DNA of 62,338 nucleotides from an uncultured Desulfobacterales bacterium. Its GTDB lineage: Bacteria; Desulfobacterota; DSM-4660; Desulfatiglandales; JALVZP01. Positions 1 to 9,828 of this stretch are shown piece after piece (within the stretch, counting starts at the first letter, position 1; every line of letters starts with the position of its first letter). The stretch is taken from assembly GCA_964393645.1 (NCBI GenBank), contig CAYMUI010000056.1, positions 1 to 62,338 of the forward strand, given 5' to 3'. Both the position numbers and the translations under genes were made by a program. Below the pieces are notes generated by a model, which saw nothing but the letters and a program-made list of their open reading frames with translations, made no database searches and was not told where the DNA came from.

Positions 1-383
1 CGGACATTTAACATGCGGTCATAAGGATGCCAAATAGGTTCGGTTTGATCATCAATAACTTCCAGTCGAATCCGCCTTTTCCATCCTGTTGTTCCAAAAA
101 TTTTGCACGCATCACATATACCAACTTCATCAAGTGCCGTCCACCAATCCTTTCCTTTCTTTCGAGCTTCTTTAAAGCTCTCAAATTTTTTTCCGCTTAA
201 TTCACACTTTTCACCACTTGGCCCTTCACATGCCCATCCTCCCAGAGCTCTTACAATTGCCTCATACCACCAGCGTAAACTCCCGATTATTCCCGTTTCA
301 CGAATACGATCCATGGTGCCGTCAATACTACCTGTCCATAAAGGCGTAAGAGTCTTCACCCGAATTAATAATTCCCTCACCAT
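1..383 (-). CDS. cmr1: Type III-B CRISPR RAMP protein Cmr1 (5' part only, runs off the left edge)
   Basis: Not in the ORF track. Manual translation from ATG at 383 (RBS AAGGAGG upstream): MVRELLIRVKTLTPLWTGSIDGTMDRIRETGIIGSLRWWYEAIVRALGGWAC...ICDACKIFGTTGWKRRIRLEV. The TLTPLWTG...ETGIIGSLRWWYE...FGxTGW pattern is typical of Cmr1 N-termini. Open to base 1. Confidence 0.85.
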   Translation of the reverse strand, partial: MVRELLIRVKTLTPLWTGSIDGTMDRIRETGIIGSLRWWYEAIVRALGGWACEGPSGEKCELSGKKFESFKEARKKGKDWWTALDEVGICDACKIFGTTGWKRRIRLEVIDDQTEPIWHPYDRMLNV

Positions 384-633
384 CTTCCTCCTTAATATTT
401 ATCCCTTAGTTTTTCATGATTTCTCACATTCTAAAGTTGTTGACAATCAAAATTCAAAAATTGATAAAAACTTATTTTTTAGGTGAAAGTTTAGTTAAAA
501 TTTTTTGCAAAAACAAGACAATTTCTTTTGGTAGAAGAACAGCCTTTGCTTGGCACTTGGCACTTTTTATTGACTTTTCTTGCATATTTTTCTAAAAATA
601 AACACTCCCAACTTAGGATGAGGAGAATGCAAG

Positions 634-1062
634 ATGAAGACATTTATGGCTAAAAAAGATGAAGTAGAAAGAAAGTGGTATGTGGTAGATGCCACTGACA
701 AGGTATTGGGAAGAATGGCTTCTCAAATTGCCAAAAAACTTCGTGGCAAAGATAAACCTGTTTTTACTCCTCATGTAGATACAGGAGATTTTGTCATTGT
801 AGTAAATGCAGAAAAAGTGAAACTTACGGGGAAAAAGTGGGAGAAAAAAATATATTATCATCACAGTGGCTACATGGGAGGTATAAAGCAGATAACCGCA
901 AAAGAGCTGCTCAGAAAAAAACCTGAAGAACTGATAAGACATGCAGTAAAAGGGATGCTTCCAAAAAATAGGCTTGGTAGAAAGCTTTTAAAAAAGTTAA
1001 AAATTTATGTAGGACCAAATCATCCTCACGAAGCTCAAAAACCTGAAAAATGGGAGATTTAA
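634..1062 (+). CDS. rplM: 50S ribosomal protein L13
   Basis: [56 protein letters not shown]. Confidence 0.99.
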   Translation: MKTFMAKKDEVERKWYVVDATDKVLGRMASQIAKKLRGKDKPVFTPHVDTGDFVIVVNAEKVKLTGKKWEKKIYYHHSGYMGGIKQITAKELLRKKPEELIRHAVKGMLPKNRLGRKLLKKLKIYVGPNHPHEAQKPEKWEI

Positions 1063-1064
1063 AC

Positions 1065-1457
1065 ATGGCTGAAAGAATATTCTATGCAACTGGAAGAAGA
1101 AAAAGGGCAGTTGCAAGGGTTTGGATAAAAAAGGGAAGAGGGAAAATAACGGTAAATGATAAACCTATGGAAGAATATTTTTTAGAAGAGGCTCATAGAA
1201 TTCACGCTTTAGAACCTCTGGATATATGTCATATGACGAATAAGGTAGATGTGAAAGCTACTGTAAAAGGAGGCGGACTTTCTGGACAGGCTGGTGCTTT
1301 AAGACACGGTATAAGCAGAGCTCTCGTGCTTATGAATTCTGAATTTAGACCTATACTAAAAAAAGCTGGTATGCTTACAAGAGATCCGAGAGAAAAAGAG
1401 AGGAAAAAGTACGGACAGAGAGGAGCAAGAGCGAAATTCCAGTACTCAAAGAGATAA
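1065..1457 (+). CDS. rpsI: 30S ribosomal protein S9
   Basis: ATGRRKRAVARV, GGGLSGQAGALRHGI, LTRDPREKERKKYG, C-terminal QYSKR; start moved to the ATG 2 nt after the rplM stop. Confidence 0.99.
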   Translation: MAERIFYATGRRKRAVARVWIKKGRGKITVNDKPMEEYFLEEAHRIHALEPLDICHMTNKVDVKATVKGGGLSGQAGALRHGISRALVLMNSEFRPILKKAGMLTRDPREKERKKYGQRGARAKFQYSKR

Positions 1458-3167
1458 AAAATCGCACACTCCACATCTTTTACATCCGGGCAAACCGGTG
1501 CATATGTCTGACTCTTCGGAGAAAAGAGCTCTGTTATATTCAGAAAATAGGTATTTTTTGCTTATACCAGAGCTTATAAAATCCCACGGTAGTATTTCGG
1601 AAATGTCCTTTTGTCTGTATACAAAAAAGTCTGGATTTACATCCGAAAACTTGAATGCTTTCTTCCAGTTTCCGTTAAATTTGTGAACAAGCAAAAGTAT
1701 ATTAGCCACTCTCCTATCACCCAATGAAAGCAAAGTTTGAACATATGCCCACTTGGGAACATCAAAGCTGATCCTTATTCCTCCTTCTTTTCCTATCTTC
1801 TTTGACAGCCATTTTTGTTTCTTCTTTAGTTCGTCCACTTCTTCCATACCTGTCCACTGAAATGGAGTAAAAGGTTTTGGCACAAAGCAACTTACATTTA
1901 CTCTTATATTTATCACTCTGCCTTTTGCTGCTCCTTGCTTTACCGCATGATGTTTTATAAGTTTGATAAGTCTCAATATTTGTTCCACATCTTCCCATTC
2001 CTCCGTTGGAAGGCCTATGATAAAGTAAAGTTTAAGAGAAAGTTCTGCCTGTGCAATCAACTGAACTGCTTCTATTATTTTTTCTTCACTTAAATGTTTG
2101 TTTACTACTTTTCTAAGTCTTTCAGATCCAGCCTCTGGGGCTATAGTGACCTGTCTCTGACCCGCCTTTTTCATGTACTGTAAAAACTGAGGATCAATAG
2201 CATCTGCTCTTATGGAAGAGATAGAAAATTTTCCTTTTTTTTCACAAACAAAAGATAAAACCTTGTCTATAGAAGGCACATCAGCTATAGATGTGCCCAG
2301 CAATCCAACATATCCGGTTTTATCCAGTGCCTTCTGAACGGTTTCAATAAGAACCTCGGTATCATGATATCTGGGAGGCCTGTATATGTAACCAGCAGCA
2401 CAAAACCTGCACGATCTTCCACACCCTCTTGCTACTTCAATCAAGATTCGTTCAGAAAATTCGGTTTCTTCAGAAATAATCTTTGAATGCGCCACATCAT
2501 CCAAAGGAACCTTCTTTGCAATCAAAACCTTTTCGCTTATTCCAGCTTGAGTAGGAGAAAAAGAAGAAATGGTGCCGTCTTTGTTGTATTCTACCTTGTA
2601 AAAAGAAGGCACATAAACGCTTGGCTCATTGGTTGCTATAAAAAAGAGAAGATCTTTTTTATTTGAAAATCTTTTATAAGAGTCTAAAAGAAGATCTATT
2701 ACATTGTTTAGGCTCTGTTCAGCCTCACCTAACAAAAAAAGGTCAAAAAACAGAGATAAAGGCTCAGGATTTAGAAAGGTTGCCACTCCACCTGCCATTA
2801 CTAATGGATATAAACTCTGCCTTTCTTCTGCCAGCAAAGGCACTCCACCAAGCTCAAGTATTTTTAAGACATTTGGGTAGTCGTTTTCAAACGAGATAGA
2901 AAAGGCTATCAGATCAAAACTACTTAAACGGGATTGAGATTCAACAGAGCGCAACTGTTCATTTTCAGACGGAAGAAAAAATCTTTCTGCAACCACCTCA
3001 TCTCTTTTATTGAGTAAATCGTATACAACCTGAAAACCCAGGTTAGACATTCCAACATGATATAGGTTGGGATAAACAAGCGCTACTGAAAATCTTCCTC
3101 TTTTTTTCTTTTGTAAAACTCCTTTTTCTTTTCTCTTGAAGATCCTCCTGTAAGAGCCTTTTTCCAT
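1446..3167 (-). CDS. Radical SAM protein with N-terminal B12-binding-like region (uncharacterised YgiQ/TIGR03960-like family)
   Basis: YPNLYHVGMSNLGFQ N-terminus, RGCGRSCRFCAAG (CX3CX2C), TIAPEAGSERLR, FVPKPFTPFQW, LPWDFI; starts immediately after the ftsZ stop. Confidence 0.85.
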   Translation of the reverse strand: MEKGSYRRIFKRKEKGVLQKKKRGRFSVALVYPNLYHVGMSNLGFQVVYDLLNKRDEVVAERFFLPSENEQLRSVESQSRLSSFDLIAFSISFENDYPNVLKILELGGVPLLAEERQSLYPLVMAGGVATFLNPEPLSLFFDLFLLGEAEQSLNNVIDLLLDSYKRFSNKKDLLFFIATNEPSVYVPSFYKVEYNKDGTISSFSPTQAGISEKVLIAKKVPLDDVAHSKIISEETEFSERILIEVARGCGRSCRFCAAGYIYRPPRYHDTEVLIETVQKALDKTGYVGLLGTSIADVPSIDKVLSFVCEKKGKFSISSIRADAIDPQFLQYMKKAGQRQVTIAPEAGSERLRKVVNKHLSEEKIIEAVQLIAQAELSLKLYFIIGLPTEEWEDVEQILRLIKLIKHHAVKQGAAKGRVINIRVNVSCFVPKPFTPFQWTGMEEVDELKKKQKWLSKKIGKEGGIRISFDVPKWAYVQTLLSLGDRRVANILLLVHKFNGNWKKAFKFSDVNPDFFVYRQKDISEILPWDFISSGISKKYLFSEYNRALFSEESDICTGLPGCKRCGVCDFLSL

Positions 3168-4424
3168 CTACTTTTTCTCTTTTATCTTTGAATCAGAATT
3201 TCTCAAGAAAGCCGGGTAATCCAAGTTTTTGATTTTATTTATGAGCCCTCTTTTTTTTCCCTTTTCATTCTCGTGACTGTTTTCAAGTTCTTCTTTTACT
3301 GACTGAGCTGTATAATCGCCAACTCTCCTTACAGTCCAGGGTTCTCTTATCTCTTCCGGTGTGGCGTCTCTGATTTTGCTTTTTATGTCCACCACATTTC
3401 CTCTCTGCTTCGGGTGAGCCCCCTCTTTCTCTTCTTCTCTTTCTTCTTCAACACTGTCTATCCCGGTAGCTATTACGGTAACCTGAATCTCGTCCTCTAT
3501 CCTGTCATCTATAACTACTCCCCAGTAAATGTCTACATCATCTTCATTTACTTGATTTCTCAAAAAGTTACACGCCGCATCTATCTCTTCCATACTTATG
3601 GTAGAAGGTCCTGTAATGTTTATCAAAAGACCTTTTGCACTACTGATAGAAATATCTTCAAGCAACGGGCTTTTAATAGCCATTTCGGCTGCTTCTATCG
3701 CTCTCTTATCACCGCTTGCTACTCCTCTTCCCATAAGAGCAGTGCCTCTTTTTTCCATCACTTTTTTTACATCAGCAAAATCTAAGTTAATAAATCCCTG
3801 ACTCGTTATAAGATCAGAGATGCCTTTTACTGCGTCTAAAAGAACATTATCTGCTTTTGCCAGAAGTTCTACAAAACTCATAGACTTTGTTCCTATGGAT
3901 TTTAGCTTTTCGTTATTTATGAGTATCAAGCTGTCCACTTCTCTTCTAAGCATTTCTATACCTTGAAGAGCCCTTTGCATCCTCTTTTCGCCTTCAAACA
4001 AAAACGGCTTGGTTACCACTGCCACTGTAAGAGCACCTGTTGCTTTGCATTCCCTTGCAATAACCGGAGACGCTCCTGTACCAGTACCACCTCCCATACC
4101 GGCAGTTATAAAGACCATGTCGGGATTTCCGAGATACTCTCTTATTTGATCCAGACTTTCCTCTGCTGCCTTCATCCCTATTTCTGGATCTCCACCAGCT
4201 CCGAGTCCCATAGTAAGGTTAGGCCCTAACTGAATCTTTGATTCTGTAAGCGCCCTGTCTAAATCTTGAGCATCCGTGTTTGCAACTATAAAGTCCACTC
4301 CTTGTAATTTTGCGTTGATCATGTTGTTGATAGCGTTGCACCCGGCTCCGCCTACTCCTATGACTTTTATCTTTGTCAGATTATATACCTTTCTTTCTTC
4401 TACTATGTTAAATTTTGCTGCCAT
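3168..4424 (-). CDS. ftsZ: Cell division protein FtsZ
   Basis: [23 protein letters not shown] tubulin signature, INLDFADV, C-terminal LDYPAFLR. Confidence 0.99.
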   Translation of the reverse strand: MAAKFNIVEERKVYNLTKIKVIGVGGAGCNAINNMINAKLQGVDFIVANTDAQDLDRALTESKIQLGPNLTMGLGAGGDPEIGMKAAEESLDQIREYLGNPDMVFITAGMGGGTGTGASPVIARECKATGALTVAVVTKPFLFEGEKRMQRALQGIEMLRREVDSLILINNEKLKSIGTKSMSFVELLAKADNVLLDAVKGISDLITSQGFINLDFADVKKVMEKRGTALMGRGVASGDKRAIEAAEMAIKSPLLEDISISSAKGLLINITGPSTISMEEIDAACNFLRNQVNEDDVDIYWGVVIDDRIEDEIQVTVIATGIDSVEEEREEEKEGAHPKQRGNVVDIKSKIRDATPEEIREPWTVRRVGDYTAQSVKEELENSHENEKGKKRGLINKIKNLDYPAFLRNSDSKIKEKK

Positions 4425-4444
4425 ACTTAAACCTCCTATATTTT

Positions 4445-5671
4445 TTAAAAGACTTCGCTAAACCATCTTTTCATGGTATTCATTATTTTCAAAAATATGT
4501 TGGAATCTCTTATTCTAAACTTCCTCTTCTTTTTTCTTTCTCTTGCCCCGTACATAAGAAGTCCCAATGCCGTGGCATACATTGGCTCTTTTGCTATTTC
4601 AGATCTTCCTCCCACATCCTTTGGATAGCCTATTCTTGCAGGAACACGAAATACCCTTTCTGCTACTTCCACTATGCCATTCAATAGCGCTGAACCTCCC
4701 GTTATGATAACACCGCAGTTGAGATCTACATCTACCTCGGCTCTTATAAGGTCTTCGTACAACAGTGAAAATATCTCCTCCACTCTCGGTTCCAATATTT
4801 CGGCAATCCTTTTTTTTGATACCTTTCGAGTACCGTTTTCATTAAAGCCTTTTATCTCTACAAATTCATCTTCAGATACCAAAGAAACAGAACCGCAACC
4901 GTACTTTTTCTTTATCTCTTCCGCTTCTTTCTGAGATGTCTTCAGCCCTACAGACAGGTCATAGGTAAGATTATTACCTCCTAAGGGTAACACAGAGGTA
5001 TGTCTTATTGCACCCTTTGAAAAGACCGCCATATCCGTAGTTCCACCGCCCAAGTCAATAAGTATAACATTTCCTTTTTTTTCATCCTCTTTGAGAACGG
5101 CATCACTTGAGGCTATAGCTTGGAGAATTATGTCACAAACATCTAAGCCGGCGTTGTTCACGCACTTTATAATATTCTGGGCAGCTGTGACAGCAGCGGT
5201 TATTATGTGAAGTCTTACACCAAGTCTCACACCAGACATGCCTATTGGATTTTGGATTCCTTCTTCATCATCTACTTTGTACTCTTGCACTATAGTCTGA
5301 ATTATTTCTCTATCCATGGGTATAGCCACAGCACTTGCCACATCGATTACCCTTTCCAGATCTTTTTTGGTTATCTCTTTGTGTTTAATAGGGATGGAAC
5401 CATCGCTATTAAAGCTTTTTATATGACCACCAGCAATTCCCACATAGACTGCGTCTATTTCACAACCTGAGTCCTTTTCCGCTTTTTCTACAGCTTTTTC
5501 TATAGAACGAACAGTCTCATCTATATCTACAACCACACCCTTCCTTAAACCGTTAGACGGATGAGTTCCCATTCCGACGATTTCTAAGCTATCGTCCTCC
5601 CCCACTTTTCCTACTAATGCACAGATCTTTGTAGTTCCCACATCAAGACCTACAACAATATCTTTATCCAT
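4445..5671 (-). CDS. ftsA: Cell division protein FtsA
   Basis: GLDVGTTK, GLRKGVVVDI, IDLGGGTTD, ITGGSALL; start set to the ATG at 5671 behind GGAG. Confidence 0.98.
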   Translation of the reverse strand: MDKDIVVGLDVGTTKICALVGKVGEDDSLEIVGMGTHPSNGLRKGVVVDIDETVRSIEKAVEKAEKDSGCEIDAVYVGIAGGHIKSFNSDGSIPIKHKEITKKDLERVIDVASAVAIPMDREIIQTIVQEYKVDDEEGIQNPIGMSGVRLGVRLHIITAAVTAAQNIIKCVNNAGLDVCDIILQAIASSDAVLKEDEKKGNVILIDLGGGTTDMAVFSKGAIRHTSVLPLGGNNLTYDLSVGLKTSQKEAEEIKKKYGCGSVSLVSEDEFVEIKGFNENGTRKVSKKRIAEILEPRVEEIFSLLYEDLIRAEVDVDLNCGVIITGGSALLNGIVEVAERVFRVPARIGYPKDVGGRSEIAKEPMYATALGLLMYGARERKKKRKFRIRDSNIFLKIMNTMKRWFSEVF

Positions 5672-6476
5672 TTGCACTCCCTAATCTGACCACTGCTCCA
5701 TTTTTTATACAGTCCAGATCTATGGATGTTATCTTTATTTGGGCATAATTTGTGAAATAATTCAATACTTTTTTTAGTTCTTTAATCTTTTTTGTAATTC
5801 TATTCTGATCCAAGTATTCGATCTGATGGGTAAAAATCACCTCAACTCTTGGGCTGGTAAAATAAATGTGTGCACTTCCGTACTCGGTTACATGAAGCTC
5901 TGAAATCCTGTTGATACCTTTTTTAACAAGCGCGTGAATTACATTTATCGCTTTTTGCAAACGGACATTAAAATCGGGATCGTCAGGTTCAAGACCTGTT
6001 ATTATGGGAAGATCTACGGATTCGCCTCTTTTTTTGATCCTAAAAATCTTTCCTTTTAGATCTAAGTAAAAAAGATCGTCTCCGATTAAGATCAATGCAA
6101 ACGGAATCTCTTTCTTTATATCTATAATCAATGTGTCAGGAAACTTTTTCCTTATCTTCACAGCTCTTATATCTGGATTCATCTCTATCTTCTTTTCTAA
6201 CTCATCTTTATCAAACAAGATTATATTTTGATTTTCTTTCTTTAACCTAAGAATCCTCATTACATATCTTTTCTCTTCTTTGTCTCCGCCATTTATTATT
6301 ATTCTCTTTATTCTGAACCGAGGAGATTCTGTTATAAGATTGTACAGCTTTAAAAGTCCCAAACTAACCAAAGATGTAACGAGCATTCCTGCAAATAGAA
6401 AAAAAAGCCACGGTCTTATCGCGCTTTTTTTCGTTTTGCTTTTTTGATTCTTTCTATTTTTTTTCTTTTTTCTCAT
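5664..6476 (-). CDS. ftsQ: Cell division protein FtsQ/DivIB
   Basis: Basic N-tail, single TM segment, POTRA-like region (IRKKFPDTLIIDIKKE), position between murB and ftsA. Confidence 0.88.
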   Translation of the reverse strand: MRKKKKNRKNQKSKTKKSAIRPWLFFLFAGMLVTSLVSLGLLKLYNLITESPRFRIKRIIINGGDKEEKRYVMRILRLKKENQNIILFDKDELEKKIEMNPDIRAVKIRKKFPDTLIIDIKKEIPFALILIGDDLFYLDLKGKIFRIKKRGESVDLPIITGLEPDDPDFNVRLQKAINVIHALVKKGINRISELHVTEYGSAHIYFTSPRVEVIFTHQIEYLDQNRITKKIKELKKVLNYFTNYAQIKITSIDLDCIKNGAVVRLGSANG

Positions 6477-7372
6477 TAATCGAAACCAACAAATTTTATT
6501 TCAGGATTAAGCCTTATACCATACTTGGTTTCTACTTTATCTCTTACCATTTTTATAAGAGCCATTACATCGGAGGCAGTGCTATTGCCTTTATTTATAA
6601 TGAAGTTGGCGTGAAGTTCAGAAATCATGGCATCTCCGATACTTTTACCTTTTAAGCCCGCTTTTTCAATAAGACTGCCCGCATAATCTCCCGCAGGATT
6701 TTTGAATATACAGCCTGCACTATAATGGTTAATAGGTTGGGTTTTCATTTTGCGTTTCAGGTAAAAAGAAATTCTTTCCCTGACCTTCTCTCTGCTATCC
6801 ACATCCATTCTAAACCATACATGTGTTATGATACTACAGTTGCTTAGATGCATTTTTCTATAGGAAAACCGCAGCTCTTGTTTTTCCTTCAGTAGTACTC
6901 CTCCAGAAGGACTTACAAGTTTTACCTTCTCCACCCTATCTGACACTTCTCCTCCAAAAGCCCCTGCATTCATAAAAACCGCTCCTCCTACAGTTCCGGG
7001 AATTCCTGCCAAAAATTCTAATCCACTGAATCCGTTTTTTACACAACAACTTAACAAACGAGATATAGGCACGCCTGCTCCTGCCATGATAAGCGTGTTT
7101 TCGTTGCTCAGTCTTTCAAATTCTCCCTTAAGTCTTATGACGACTCCTTTAAAACCAGAATCATTTACAAGAATGTTACTTCCATTTCCTAAAACAAAGT
7201 AGGGAATCTGTTCATGATTTAAATAACTCACAAGCTTTTTTAACTCTTCAAGGTCGGCTACATCACAGAGTGCCCAAGCCTTTCCCCCGATCTTAAATGT
7301 GGTGTATGGAGCAAGCACGACATCAAAGCGGGTATTAGGACATATACACTTGATGAATTTAAGCTTTTTCAT
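6476..7372 (-). CDS. murB: UDP-N-acetylenolpyruvoylglucosamine reductase
   Basis: YTTFKIGG, LGNGSNILV, GIPGTVGGAVFMNAGAFG, SAGCIFKNP, ISELHANFIIN. Confidence 0.98.
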   Translation of the reverse strand: MKKLKFIKCICPNTRFDVVLAPYTTFKIGGKAWALCDVADLEELKKLVSYLNHEQIPYFVLGNGSNILVNDSGFKGVVIRLKGEFERLSNENTLIMAGAGVPISRLLSCCVKNGFSGLEFLAGIPGTVGGAVFMNAGAFGGEVSDRVEKVKLVSPSGGVLLKEKQELRFSYRKMHLSNCSIITHVWFRMDVDSREKVRERISFYLKRKMKTQPINHYSAGCIFKNPAGDYAGSLIEKAGLKGKSIGDAMISELHANFIINKGNSTASDVMALIKMVRDKVETKYGIRLNPEIKFVGFD

Positions 7373-8741
7373 TTTGTAAAAATCTTTCTCCTACAAGGTA
7401 TATATTTCCGGCTCCGAGGGTAAGGATCATATCGCCTGGTTTTGCTACAGACATAAGTATAGAAAGGGTTTCGTCTAATCCTTTGCTATATATCACATTT
7501 TTGTGACCATACTCTTTTATAGCGCGTGCAAGTCTTTCTGAAGTAACGCCTTCGATGGGAGGCTCTGAAGCAGGATAAATAGGATTCACGATAAGCACAT
7601 CTGCGTAATCAAAAGAGGTGACAAACTTGTCAAAAAGCGCTTTTGTTCTGGAATATCTGTGAGGTTGAAAAGCCACTATAAGCCTTTTATCTGGCCACCA
7701 TTGTTTTATGGTCTTAAGAGTGGCTACAATTTCTGTAGGATGGTGTCAATAATCATCCATAACAAGTATTTTTCTTACTTCTCCTTTTATCTGAAATCTC
7801 CTTTCAAGACCGCCTATATTTCTGAGACCCTTAGTTATGGAATTTATGTCTATTTCCAGCTCCATGGCAACTGCAATAGCAGCAAGAGCATTCAATACAT
7901 TGTGAACCCCGGGCATTCCAACAAATATCTCGCCCAAACTTTTTCCTTTATATACAAGCTCAAACTTGGTGCCAAAGCCCTCTTTTCTCAAAAAATGCCC
8001 TTTTATGTCTGCATCTGTTTCTAAACCATATGTAACATACCTTCTCTTCACATAAGGAATAATCCTTCTTATCTGCTCGTCATCTAAACACAGAACAGCC
8101 AATCCATAGAAAGGAAGCTTGTTTACGAATTCAACAAAGGAATTTCTAAGGTTTTCCATACTCTTGTAGTAGTCCATATGTTCGTAGTCTATGTTTGTTA
8201 CCACAGATATAACCGAAGAAAGTCTTAAAAATGTCCCGTCACTTTCGTCTGCCTCTGCTATGAGAATGTCTCCTTGGCCAAGTCTTGCGTTTGACCCGTT
8301 CCATATACTCAATCTCCCACCTATGATAACCGTAGGATCCATCTCTGCTGCATTAAGTATAGATGCGATCATGCAGGTGGTAGTGGTCTTTCCGTGAGCA
8401 CCTGACACAGCTATCCCGTATTTAAAGCGCATGAGTTCCGCTAACATTTCAGCTCTTGGAATAACAGGAATAGCCTTTTTTCTTGCCTCAACTAACTCTG
8501 GATTTTCATCCGAAACAGCCGAAGAATAAACCACTACATCTACTCCATCTATGTGATTAGTGCTGTGGAAATATTCTATCTTTGCACCTAAGGACTCTAA
8601 CCTTTCTGTTGTGGGGCTTTTCTTTAAATCGCATCCACTGACTTCATATCCCAGATTTATAAGAAGCTCTGCGATCCCGCTCATTCCTATTCCACCTATT
8701 CCAACAAAGTGCAGTTTTTTTACCTTCTTAAGAAGTTTCAT
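7359..8741 (-). CDS. murC: UDP-N-acetylmuramate--L-alanine ligase, interrupted by an in-frame TGA at 7746-7748
   Basis: [28 protein letters not shown]; reading through the TGA gives DDY*HHPTEI...[10 protein letters not shown] in one frame (460 aa). The two ORF-track pieces (7746-8741, 7359-7676) are in the same frame. Confidence 0.93.
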
Positions 8742-9828
8742 TTCTCTTTAACCTCATCTGTGACATGTAGTTTACAATATGCTCAGCGATCATCCTTGCA
8801 GATTCGGGATTTGCCAGTTTTCGGGCGTTATGCCCTAAGATGTGTAAAAGTTCTGGTCTGTGCACAAAAGCCTCTATAAACATGGCAAGCTTTTCTGGAG
8901 TAAGCTGAGACTGTAAAATAACCACTCCTCCTCCTATTCTCTCCAGCATAAGAGCATTCTTCTCTTGGTGATTATCAGTAGCAAAAGGATAAGGTATAAG
9001 AATAGAAGGTTTTCCTGCAGCAGCCAATTCAAAAATACTCGATGCTCCTGCTCGGCTTATTACCAGATCTGCTTTGCTTAACAATTCCGGCATGTTATAC
9101 GAAAAGCCAAAGACATCAGCACTTACTCCGATTTTTTCGTATTCTTTTTTTACTCTTTCAAAGTCAACCTCTCCTGTTTGGTGTATCACGCAAGGATTAA
9201 TCCCCTTATTCAGAAGCAACTTAAGTGCTTGTAAAAATATGCTGTTTATAGTAACAGATCCCTGACTGCCGCCAATTACAAGTATAGTAAACCTTGATTT
9301 TTTTTCTTTTTCAACACGAAAAAACTCTTTTCTTACGGGATTTCCGCTGTAAAAACACCTATCTCCTTTAAGCAATTTTTTTGTTTCCTTGAAAGAGACA
9401 AAAAGCCTGTCCAAAATAAAGAGCCTATACAAAGTACGATTTGCACGACCAGGGATAAGATTCTGTTCATGAGCAAATACAGGAATCCCCATAAACTTAC
9501 CTACTACGCATATCACCGCACTTAAAAAACCGCCAAGCCCTAATATCACATCAGGCGGACTTTTTCTTAACAGATTAAACGCCTTAAAAACTAACAGAGG
9601 TTGTTTTAAAGGAGCTTCTGCTTCGACAAAAACGGTCCGATAGTTGTATTTTTTTACTATAGCAGGTGCAGGACCTTTTTTGTTGGTAACGAATGTAACA
9701 TTTAATTCCTGCACACACTCTTTAAGAGCCTCTAAAATGCATATCCCAGGATATATGTGTCCGCCTGTCCATGCAGATACCACAAGAATATCCAATTTTT
9801 TTAATAACTTACCTTTTTGAAGAAACAT
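8728..9828 (-). CDS. murG: Undecaprenyl-PP-MurNAc-pentapeptide GlcNAc transferase
   Basis: [43 protein letters not shown]; start uncertain (9828 ATG or 9795 TTG). Confidence 0.95.
   Translation of the reverse strand: MFLQKGKLLKKLDILVVSAWTGGHIYPGICILEALKECVQELNVTFVTNKKGPAPAIVKKYNYRTVFVEAEAPLKQPLLVFKAFNLLRKSPPDVILGLGGFLSAVICVVGKFMGIPVFAHEQNLIPGRANRTLYRLFILDRLFVSFKETKKLLKGDRCFYSGNPVRKEFFRVEKEKKSRFTILVIGGSQGSVTINSIFLQALKLLLNKGINPCVIHQTGEVDFERVKKEYEKIGVSADVFGFSYNMPELLSKADLVISRAGASSIFELAAAGKPSILIPYPFATDNHQEKNALMLERIGGGVVILQSQLTPEKLAMFIEAFVHRPELLHILGHNARKLANPESARMIAEHIVNYMSQMRLKRNETS

Noticed and set aside
103-486. Plus-strand 127-aa ORF in the track
   Set aside because: Antisense shadow of cmr1; no RBS or recognisable motif.
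550-575. TTGGCAC-TTGGCAC tandem as a sigma54 promoter
   Set aside because: Neither copy has GC at the -12 position (GG-N10-GC spacing fails).
1-633. CRISPR array near cmr1
   Set aside because: No regularly spaced direct repeats seen here or elsewhere in the window.
7746-7748. Genome-wide UGA=Gly recoding (genetic code 25) as the explanation for the murC TGA
   Set aside because: TGA is clearly used as a normal stop in many genes here (e.g. 25614-25616, 38271-38273, 41681-41683, 50012-50014).
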